This document shows, in pieces, positions 35,918-45,105 of a DNA stretch of 64,000 nt. This DNA is from an uncultured Gammaproteobacteria bacterium (GTDB taxonomy: Bacteria; Patescibacteriota; Microgenomatia; Levybacterales; UBA12049): positions 82,684 through 146,683 of the forward strand of contig CAZIDK010000002.1 in NCBI GenBank assembly GCA_964537895.1. The letters run 5' to 3'. A model generated the notes under the pieces. It searched no databases and was not told the DNA's origin. It was given only the letters and a program-made list of their open reading frames with translations. A program made the position numbers and the translations under genes. Within the stretch, counting starts at the first letter, position 1, and each line of letters starts with the position of its first letter.

Positions 35918-37433
35918 TAGCGAAGAAATTATAAAACAATTGGAAAAAGGTTTATCTACTTTTAACCTTGATACCAAATTACAAAACGTAGGCACGGTTC
36001 AAAAGAATACAGATGGGGTCATTGTTGCTTCCGGCCTATCTAAAGCGTTTATGGGCGAACTGGTGGCCTTTGACGATGGTACAAAAGGAGTAATACTTAA
36101 TCTTGATGAGGATACTGTTTCAATTATACTTTTAGACTCGGGTAAACAGATAAAAGAAGGCGACAGGATAAAAACAACCGGAAGATTACTTTCCATAAAT
36201 GTGTCCGAAGATTATTTGGGAAGAGTTATTAATCCGCTTGGAATCCCAATAGACGGCAAATCAAAACCCAAAAAAGGCAAGGATATGCCGTTGGAAAAAA
36301 TTGCGGCCGGTGTAGTTGAGAGAGAACCTGTAAATACTCCTCTTAAAACAGGGATTAAAGCAATTGACGCAATGATTCCCATAGGCCGTGGTCAACGTGA
36401 GTTAATAATCGGAGACCGGGGATTTGGAAAAACTGCCATCGCCATAGACACAATCATAAACCAAAAACAAAGCGCGAAAACTACAAAATTAAGACAAGTT
36501 CTTTGCGTGTACGTAGCCATCGGCCAAAAACAAAGTACAATCGCCCAAGTCGTGGAAAAACTAAAAGAAAAAGGTGCCATCGACTATACGGTAGTACTAG
36601 CTGCTTCGGCTTCTGACCCCGCTTCCTTACAATATCTGGCTCCTTATGCCGGTTCCGCTATTGCCGAATATTTTTTGGAAAAAGGCGAAGATGTTTTAGT
36701 AGTTTACGACGATTTAACCAAACACGCCTGGGCCTACAGACAGCTTTCCCTTGTTTTAAAAAGACCTGCGGGAAGAGAGGCCTATCCGGGAGATATCTTC
36801 TACCTTCATAGCAGACTGCTGGAAAGAGCTGTCAAATTAAACAAACAAAACGGCGGCGGGTCTATAACCGCGCTGCCCATTATTGAAACCCAAGCAAACG
36901 ACGTTTCCGCCTATATTCCAACCAACGTTATCTCAATAACCGACGGCCAAATATACCTTGAGGGCGATTTGTTTAACAGTGGCATAAGACCTGCTATTAA
37001 TATCGGCATTTCCGTTTCAAGGGTAGGGGGATCGGCACAAACTCAAGCAATCAAATCTGTTGCGGGAAAAATGAAACTTGAACTGTCTCAATACAGGGAA
37101 ATGGCTGCTTTTGCTCAATTCGGAAGTGAATTAGATCAGGTAACAATGCAGCAGCTCGAAAGAGGCAAAAGAACAACGGAAATTTTAAAACAACCTCAAT
37201 ATCAATCGCTTTCGGATGCTTTTGAGTACTTAAGCATGTGGTCGGTAACAAACGGACACCTGGACCAAATACCCGTAGAAAGTATTCAAAAATTTGAAAA
37301 AGAATATCACAGCTTTATAAAAATTAATTATCCAAAAATAACAGATGCCCTATCAACAGGCGATAAACCAAGCGAGGAAATCTTAAAGCAACTTGAAAAA
37401 GCAACTATAGAATTTAAGAAGGGATTTTCATAA
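35910..37433 (+). CDS. atpA: ATP synthase F1 alpha subunit
   Basis: GRGQRELIIGDR.FGKT, GREAYPGDIFYLHSRLLERA; start 35901 or 35910. Confidence 0.97.
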   Translation: MIDSEEIIKQLEKGLSTFNLDTKLQNVGTVQKNTDGVIVASGLSKAFMGELVAFDDGTKGVILNLDEDTVSIILLDSGKQIKEGDRIKTTGRLLSINVSEDYLGRVINPLGIPIDGKSKPKKGKDMPLEKIAAGVVEREPVNTPLKTGIKAIDAMIPIGRGQRELIIGDRGFGKTAIAIDTIINQKQSAKTTKLRQVLCVYVAIGQKQSTIAQVVEKLKEKGAIDYTVVLAASASDPASLQYLAPYAGSAIAEYFLEKGEDVLVVYDDLTKHAWAYRQLSLVLKRPAGREAYPGDIFYLHSRLLERAVKLNKQNGGGSITALPIIETQANDVSAYIPTNVISITDGQIYLEGDLFNSGIRPAINIGISVSRVGGSAQTQAIKSVAGKMKLELSQYREMAAFAQFGSELDQVTMQQLERGKRTTEILKQPQYQSLSDAFEYLSMWSVTNGHLDQIPVESIQKFEKEYHSFIKINYPKITDALSTGDKPSEEILKQLEKATIEFKKGFS

Positions 37434-37499
37434 ATCCTGCACTTTTTCGCAGCATAATATTGTGTTTAAACGAACAAGTAGCAGGTTAAAGTGCAGGAT
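37434..37499. repeat. 12-bp terminal inverted repeat element between atpA and atpG
   Basis: ATCCTGCACTTT-42 nt-AAAGTGCAGGAT. Confidence 0.8.
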
Positions 37500-37504
37500 A
37501 AATT

Positions 37505-39764
<2,260 letters not shown>

Positions 39765-39825
39765 ATCCTTCACTTTTATGCTAAACTTATTTGCTAACAA
39801 TTTTTTAAGAAAGAAAGTGAAGGAT
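39765..39825. repeat. 12-bp terminal inverted repeat element between atpD and atpC
   Basis: ATCCTTCACTTT-37 nt-AAAGTGAAGGAT (compensatory variant of the 37434 element). Confidence 0.8.
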
Positions 39826-39827
39826 AA

Positions 39828-40244
39828 ATGAATCTTCTTCTTGAAATTATTACTCCGGAAAAAGTTGTTCTAAAGGACGAGGTTGATGAAATAATTGTTC
39901 CCACCGTAACCGGAGAAATTGCAATTTTATCAAATCATACACAGCTTTTGACGAAAATAAATCCCGGCGAGTTAGTCATTAAAAAAAATGGCAAAAGTCA
40001 ATCGTTTGCCATACTGGGAGGATTTTTGGAAGTAATTAATAACCATATCAGCGTCCTTGCCGATTATGCTATAAGAGCCGAGGACATTGAAATTGCAAAA
40101 GTGCAAGAAGCACAGGAAAGAGCCAGGCAAAAAATGAAACAAAAAGATACGGAGCAAAACTTTAGAGTCGCCGAAGCAGAGCTTAGAAAATCTCTTTTGC
40201 AGCTTAAGGTAGCCCGCAAGCATAAAATTAAATATACCCCTTAA
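39828..40244 (+). CDS. atpC: ATP synthase F1 epsilon subunit
   Basis: LEIITPE, GEIAIL.NH, GGFLEV, VLAD.A. Confidence 0.95.
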   Translation: MNLLLEIITPEKVVLKDEVDEIIVPTVTGEIAILSNHTQLLTKINPGELVIKKNGKSQSFAILGGFLEVINNHISVLADYAIRAEDIEIAKVQEAQERARQKMKQKDTEQNFRVAEAELRKSLLQLKVARKHKIKYTP

Positions 40245-40245
40245 T

Positions 40246-40274
40246 TTGCCTAAACGCTCTAAATTTCATAGAAT
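40246..40274 (+). promoter_or_regulatory. Promoter directly upstream of the outermost tRNA-Thr 5' half
   Basis: TTGCCT-17 nt-TAGAAT; GCCGGAG begins 8 nt later. Confidence 0.6.
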
Positions 40275-40282
40275 AAGGTACT

Positions 40283-40372
40283 GCCGGAGTAACTCAGGGA
40301 ACGGAGCAAAGCGAGTTCGCCTGCTTGATCGCGTCAGACGCGACTTGACAGACGCGACGAGCAAGTGTTTCG
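40283..40372 (+). pseudogene. Outer tRNA-Thr(CGT) 5' half with a 61-nt D-loop insertion
   Basis: GCCGGAG-TA-ACTC-AG[40298-40358]GAGC-A-AGTGT-TT-CG; AGTGT pairs with ACACT of the 3' half at 40646. Confidence 0.7.
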
Positions 40373-40422
40373 TCCCAGCATTTTCTTGCAAATTTTGATA
40401 AAATTTGCTTAGAAATGCGGGA
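40373..40422. repeat. TCCC...GGGA hairpin inserted at the anticodon
   Basis: TCCCAGCATTTTCTTGCAAATTTT-GAT-AAAATTTGCTTAGAAATGCGGGA. Confidence 0.75.
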
Positions 40423-40440
40423 TCCCGTAAATCTAAGCTT

Positions 40441-40474
40441 GCCGAAGTAACTCAGCGGTAGAGTAGCTCTTTCG
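40441..40474 (+). pseudogene. Inner tRNA-Thr(CGT) 5' half
   Basis: GCCGAAG-TA-ACTC-AGCGGTA-GAGT-A-GCTCT-TT-CG, then CCTGCCCGCCATC. Confidence 0.8.
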
Positions 40475-40487
40475 CCTGCCCGCCATC

Positions 40488-40559
40488 GCCAACATAGCTC
40501 AGTGGCAGAGCAGCTGTTTCGTAAACAGCAGGTCGTTGGTTCGATCCCAACTGTTGGCT
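40488..40559 (+). tRNA. tRNA-Thr(CGT), intact, CCA not encoded
   Basis: GCCAACA/TGTTGGC; GCTC/GAGC; GCTGT-TT CGT AA-ACAGC; GTTGG-TTCGATC-CCAAC. Confidence 0.95.
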
Positions 40560-40582
40560 CAGGCAAGCAAGATTTACTGGGA

Positions 40583-40620
40583 TAAACAGCAGGTCCTCGG
40601 TTCAATCCCGAGAGACGGCT
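40583..40620 (+). pseudogene. tRNA-Thr 3' half (inner)
   Basis: TAA-ACAGC-AGGTC-CTCGG-TTCAATC-CCGAG-AGACGGC-T. Confidence 0.8.
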
Positions 40621-40645
40621 CAATAAACGGCTGAATTTACCGGGA

Positions 40646-40683
40646 TAAACACTAGGTCGCAGGTTCGATTCCCGCCATCGGCT
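40646..40683 (+). pseudogene. tRNA-Thr 3' half (outer)
   Basis: TAA-ACACT-AGGTC-GCAGG-TTCGATT-CCCGC-CATCGGC-T. Confidence 0.8.
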
Positions 40684-40708
40684 CTGAATTTGTAATATAA
40701 TTGTGAAT

Positions 40709-41425
40709 ATGTCTAAAAGAAGATCAAGATTAAGTCTTAAAACGGAAAAAAGAACCCGTAAGACAATTTTCTTAACCAGTCTTGGAATACTGATAATTTT
40801 AATTTTGCTTATTAAGTTTGGCATTAATATACTGGTCGGTTTTAGTGTTTTTTTGGCAGGCACTAAGAATCAAGCTTTGACAACATCTAGCTCTTCTAGT
40901 AACACCTTTATCGCTCCCCCGGTTCTAAATCCTCTTCCTAGCGCCACAAACAGCGCCAGGATTGTAATTTCGGGTAAGTCCCAATCTGATAAAACAGTTA
41001 AACTTTATATAAATAACGATTTAAAAGATACAACTCAAGCCGACAAAGACGGGAATTTTTCATTTATTCAAACTCTTTCTGCCGGAGACAACCGGATTGA
41101 AACAAAAGCTGATAAAAATAATAAATCCAGTGATTTTTCCAATAGCTTTACTGTTTTTTTGAAAAATAACGCACCTTCTTTGACCGTAGACTTTCCTTCC
41201 AACGGACAATCATTTTCAAAAGATCAAAACAGCGTTAACGTAAAAGGAAAAACAGATTCGGAAACAAGCGTTACTGTTAATGGCTTTTGGGCAATTATAG
41301 ATGAGAACAGCAATTTCTCTTACAATCTTCCCCTTCAGAATGGAGACAATCAAATAAAAATAACCGCTACAGATCAGGCCGGAAACAAAACCGAAAAGGA
41401 TTTAAAAGTTACCTATTCTCAGTAA
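40709..41425 (+). CDS. Membrane-anchored protein with two bacterial Ig-like domains
   Basis: Basic N-terminus + TM; ISG.S....V.LYIN, ADKDGNFSF...L..GDN, ATDQAGN. Confidence 0.75.
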   Translation: MSKRRSRLSLKTEKRTRKTIFLTSLGILIILILLIKFGINILVGFSVFLAGTKNQALTTSSSSSNTFIAPPVLNPLPSATNSARIVISGKSQSDKTVKLYINNDLKDTTQADKDGNFSFIQTLSAGDNRIETKADKNNKSSDFSNSFTVFLKNNAPSLTVDFPSNGQSFSKDQNSVNVKGKTDSETSVTVNGFWAIIDENSNFSYNLPLQNGDNQIKITATDQAGNKTEKDLKVTYSQ

Positions 41426-42608
41426 GTCCCGTTACAATCCATATCCATTGAAAAATTAACACATAAAATAGACTATTTATAAATAAACTATTAAAAATTA
41501 ATCCCGCAAGCGAAGAAAAAAATATTATTGAAAAGACGTTATTTTTTAGATTTTTTTTAGCAAGCAAAAATAAATTATAAAGCAAGTAAGTATAGGCCCC
41601 AAATCCGACAATCCCTGTTGTCGCAAGAATAAAAAGGAAGCTGTTATCGGTTCCTGCTCCCGAGTGAGTAATTTGCCAGATTTTATTATTTAAACCATAT
41701 TTATTTTGCGCGTATCGGTATGCGTTAAAACCAACACCGAATACCGGACTGCTTTGAAATATTTTTAAAGCAACTTGTGAAGATTCTATTCTTTGCTGGC
41801 TTGAAAATGTTCTAAACAAATTAGTTCCTTCGGTTTGAAACGATTTTGGTATTATAAAAATAATTAGTAAAAGAAGTGTTATTGAGGCAGCTATCATCTT
41901 TTTTCTGCCAATTAAGAAAAGAAACGTTGCGGTGCTTAAAATAAGCATAATTAAAGCGCTTCTTGAATAAGTCAAATAAACTGCGATTAAAACAAAAACT
42001 CCCAATACGCTCAACACAAAACTATGCAAAAGTAATTTCTTTCTAAGAAAATCGTAAGTTAATCCCAAAATGAATATAAAAAACAGAACAAAAAAGCTAC
42101 CGGCAAAATTTGGATCAAGAAAACTGGAAAACATTCTGTAAAGATGCTCATCCCATCCTAAATAAAATAAATTTTTCAAACTGGGATATAAAAAATATTG
42201 CGCGTAGCCGGCTACAACAAATAATAATCCTGAAAACAATAATAAGTAAGGGATTTTATTTCTAAACTCTTTATTAAAACCCCTAACAATAAAAAACAGC
42301 AGGGCATACATTACCCATCTTAACAGGTATAAGAATGAAATTAAAAAATCTGTAACTGAAAGATTTGCTATGTTTAAAACAAGTGAAATTAAGGCGACCG
42401 TAATAAAAATAAGTATTGGTTTAGCAAGGCTATTTTTATTAATCCCCTTCTTATTCAAAACGTGATAAGAAACCCAGGCAACAATTAAGGCTATTAAAAA
42501 AACATCGTTTATGGAAAATGCAACGCCATTTGGAAACTGAAACCTGCCAATTTCAGCAATTGGAAAACTCATAATTAATAATGAAAAAATAGTTTTTAAT
42601 ACGACCAT
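41409..42608 (-). CDS. O-antigen ligase/polymerase-like membrane protein
   Basis: R..SSF.DPNFAG, LTYSRSA, PVFGVGFN, GIVGF. Confidence 0.8.
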   Translation of the reverse strand: MVVLKTIFSLLIMSFPIAEIGRFQFPNGVAFSINDVFLIALIVAWVSYHVLNKKGINKNSLAKPILIFITVALISLVLNIANLSVTDFLISFLYLLRWVMYALLFFIVRGFNKEFRNKIPYLLLFSGLLFVVAGYAQYFLYPSLKNLFYLGWDEHLYRMFSSFLDPNFAGSFFVLFFIFILGLTYDFLRKKLLLHSFVLSVLGVFVLIAVYLTYSRSALIMLILSTATFLFLIGRKKMIAASITLLLLIIFIIPKSFQTEGTNLFRTFSSQQRIESSQVALKIFQSSPVFGVGFNAYRYAQNKYGLNNKIWQITHSGAGTDNSFLFILATTGIVGFGAYTYLLYNLFLLAKKNLKNNVFSIIFFSSLAGLIFNSLFINSLFYVLIFQWIWIVTGLTENR

Positions 42609-44245
42609 TCTTGTCCTCCTAAAGAATAAAGTTTTACTTTTGTAATCGGATTATAATAGATTTGCTGCCAATTATTAAATTTTTTAGGTAGGTCGCTATT
42701 TTGAATACCAATATAATTAAATTTATCCCCTTTCTTCACCCAGCTTGAGTCAATAAACGGAAAATCTACATAAAATAAATTATGGAATCCAAAAAGAAGA
42801 ACTTTATCCGTAGGTTTTATATTATTTTTAAAATAATTATCTGTATCGTAAAAGTCTCCAAATGCAAAATTTAAGTTTTTTGTTAAAAACTCTGCTTTTG
42901 TTTCTTTTCCTAAAACAACGGGTATATATTTTTTGTTTGCCAATGTTCTATATCCGATTGAAGTCAAGCTTATGAATATAATTATCATTAATAGAAAATT
43001 TTTAAGTTTAATATTCTTAAGCTTACCTACCGAATAAACCGCTAAAACAGAAAACGCGGGAAGATACGGAAGTATAAATCTTCCTCCGCCGATTCTAGGC
43101 GTCAAATACCATAATAATAAGCCTAATAATGAGTACATATAAATAATTTTAAATTCTCTCTTAGCTTTTGTGAAAAAAATAAACAATAGAGGTAAAACAG
43201 CTAAATAAATAGGAGATATAGGATCATTAGAATATATAAAAAGGTTTAATAAATCATTCATTACGTTTGAAATGTTTGGCAAACTAAAACCGGTTCCTAT
43301 ATCTATACTTTTGCTAAAAAATGGATAAAAAGGATTGCCGGTATTAATAAAGGCAAAAATAAACCAAGGCAAAGGAACTAAGATAGAAAAAAAGCAAAAA
43401 TATAAAATATTAGTAATCAAATAATGAATTTTTTCTTTATTCATTAAATATAAATATATAAAAAGTGAGATAAATATGAAGACTGATTCCAAGGCTATTA
43501 TTTTTGCTGAAATAGCCAGTCCCAACATTGTTCCGGAAATTGCTAACCATTTTCTTTGCTTATTTTCCATCCATTTTAAGAATCCCCAAAGAGCCAGCAC
43601 TTCAAAAAATGTTCTTGCTAAATCAATGTATGCAGTTATAGATTCCCAACCGACAACCAAATTGGAATAAAAAATTAAAGCGGCAAGTAAGGATAAATTT
43701 TTCGATAAATATTTTTTTGACAGTTTATAAATTACTACTAACGTCAATATTCCAAATATAAAATGTATAAGCTTAGCACCTAACTCGTTTCCAAACAAGA
43801 GTAAAGGAATATACAACATTTCTGTCAATTTTGGCATATCAGAATAAAATAAAAGGTTTCCGGGAATATGAAAAATGGCATATTGCAGGATATATAGCTT
43901 TGGAAGAGTTAAATGATACCAAAGCGCATCAAAAGAAATTTCCGGTCCCAAAACGCCTATTAAATTAATACTGATCTGCAGAATAAATATCAGAACTAAT
44001 AACGATTCAAATCTATTATTCTTTATATAATTTAATACATATCTTGGATTTATTGTTTTAGCGGTTTCTCTTAAAGACGCTAATTTTTTAAAAAGCTTAA
44101 CTAGCTTATTTTTATAGTAAAAGCCAATTATAAAAATAAAGATCAGAGTTATAGATGTGAGGACGGATTTATATATTAGTCCCAAAACTCCAAGTGAAAA
44201 AATGAGATATGAATAAGTTCCAATCAAAATAGCTAACGAAAACAT
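42596..44245 (-). CDS. GT-C fold (family 39/83-like) glycosyltransferase
   Basis: PE.SFDALWYHL.LPK, multiple TMs, TGNPFYPFF, GRFILP. Confidence 0.75.
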   Translation of the reverse strand: MFSLAILIGTYSYLIFSLGVLGLIYKSVLTSITLIFIFIIGFYYKNKLVKLFKKLASLRETAKTINPRYVLNYIKNNRFESLLVLIFILQISINLIGVLGPEISFDALWYHLTLPKLYILQYAIFHIPGNLLFYSDMPKLTEMLYIPLLLFGNELGAKLIHFIFGILTLVVIYKLSKKYLSKNLSLLAALIFYSNLVVGWESITAYIDLARTFFEVLALWGFLKWMENKQRKWLAISGTMLGLAISAKIIALESVFIFISLFIYLYLMNKEKIHYLITNILYFCFFSILVPLPWFIFAFINTGNPFYPFFSKSIDIGTGFSLPNISNVMNDLLNLFIYSNDPISPIYLAVLPLLFIFFTKAKREFKIIYMYSLLGLLLWYLTPRIGGGRFILPYLPAFSVLAVYSVGKLKNIKLKNFLLMIIIFISLTSIGYRTLANKKYIPVVLGKETKAEFLTKNLNFAFGDFYDTDNYFKNNIKPTDKVLLFGFHNLFYVDFPFIDSSWVKKGDKFNYIGIQNSDLPKKFNNWQQIYYNPITKVKLYSLGGQEWSY

Positions 44246-44376
44246 ATCCCCCCTCTACAAAGCAAATATTCTATGTAGAGAAATATTACAATGAAAACAA
44301 AAAATACATAAAGCGGGATAAGAATTTTCTTAGATAATTTTAATTTGACAATTAGTTTTTGCTTTTGTAGGTCCAT
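44233..44376 (-). CDS. Putative 47-aa single-TM peptide (below ORF-track cutoff)
   Basis: MDLQKQKLIVKLKLSKKILIPLYVFFVFIVIFLYIEYLLCRGGICFR; overlaps both neighbours. Confidence 0.5.
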   Translation of the reverse strand: MDLQKQKLIVKLKLSKKILIPLYVFFVFIVIFLYIEYLLCRGGICFR

Positions 44377-45104
44377 AATTTGGCTCTGACTAAAAATGAA
44401 TGAAAACTCATCATAATTGCAAAAACCAAGCCTTCGATTCCATCTAAAAATCCCAGCTTCAGAAAATAATTTAAGAAAAACTTTGCCTTTGGATATAAAA
44501 CTATTTTATAAAAATTAGTTCTAATGCCACTGTCATAAAGTTCTTTTGCTCTCAAGTCCGTATAATAATTTATTTCTCTTAAAAAACTCCCGATAGCCTG
44601 ATGGGGATAATGTAAAAGCGGCATTTTGAAATTTCCTAAATTTCCGCTTATTTTCCAAACTTCGTGAACCCTACCATGCCAAACTCCGGCGTTTTTCTTT
44701 GCAAATCTCAAAAGCTTGATATTTCCAGTCTCTCCATGCTTTAATTCTTTTCCCCACAAAATATCCCTTCTTTTTATGTAAAACCCACTGAATTCTATAT
44801 TTTTTGAAGAAACACAATCCATTATTTCCCCCTTTAAGCTATTGCTAGGCCTTTCGTCGGCATCTACAAACAATATCCACTCCCCTCTTGCTTTAGATAA
44901 ACCAAAGTTTCTCTGTGCAGAAAAGTCTCCCTGAAGCTCATGCTGGAATATTTTTACTCTTGGATTAAAGTTTTTAATTACTTGTAACGTTCTATCTGTG
45001 GAAAAATCATCAACTACGATTATTTCATCGCACCAGTCAATGCTTTCTAAACAATCTACGATATTGTTTTCTTCATTTTTAGTTAAAATTATTGTGCTAA
45101 TCAT
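44352..45104 (-). CDS. GT2 glycosyltransferase (beta-1,4-glucosyltransferase-like)
   Basis: TKNEE, VDDFSTDRT, FSAQRNFGL, FVDADE, VHE, FLDG.EG. Confidence 0.9.
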   Translation of the reverse strand: MISTIILTKNEENNIVDCLESIDWCDEIIVVDDFSTDRTLQVIKNFNPRVKIFQHELQGDFSAQRNFGLSKARGEWILFVDADERPSNSLKGEIMDCVSSKNIEFSGFYIKRRDILWGKELKHGETGNIKLLRFAKKNAGVWHGRVHEVWKISGNLGNFKMPLLHYPHQAIGSFLREINYYTDLRAKELYDSGIRTNFYKIVLYPKAKFFLNYFLKLGFLDGIEGLVFAIMMSFHSFLVRAKLWTYKSKN

Positions 45105-45105
45105 A

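Larger units (their letters stand above)
40423..40582. mobile_element. Putative inverted-repeat-bounded cassette carrying a tRNA 5' half and the intact tRNA-Thr
   Basis: TCCCGTAAATCTAAGCTTGCC (40423-43) complementary to GGCAAGCAAGATTTACTGGGA (40562-82); a second right end GAATTTACCGGGA at 40633-45. Confidence 0.55.

Noticed and set aside
40373-40645. Group I intron in tRNA-Thr anticodon
   Set aside because: No P7/catalytic core is visible, the insert ends in GGGA rather than a terminal G at the junction, and it is mostly tRNA fragments and simple hairpins.
40294-40863. 189-aa minus-strand ORF
   Set aside because: It is the antisense translation of the tRNA-Thr nest and of the next gene's start (EPTVGIEPTT, WRESNLRP are typical tRNA antisense peptides).
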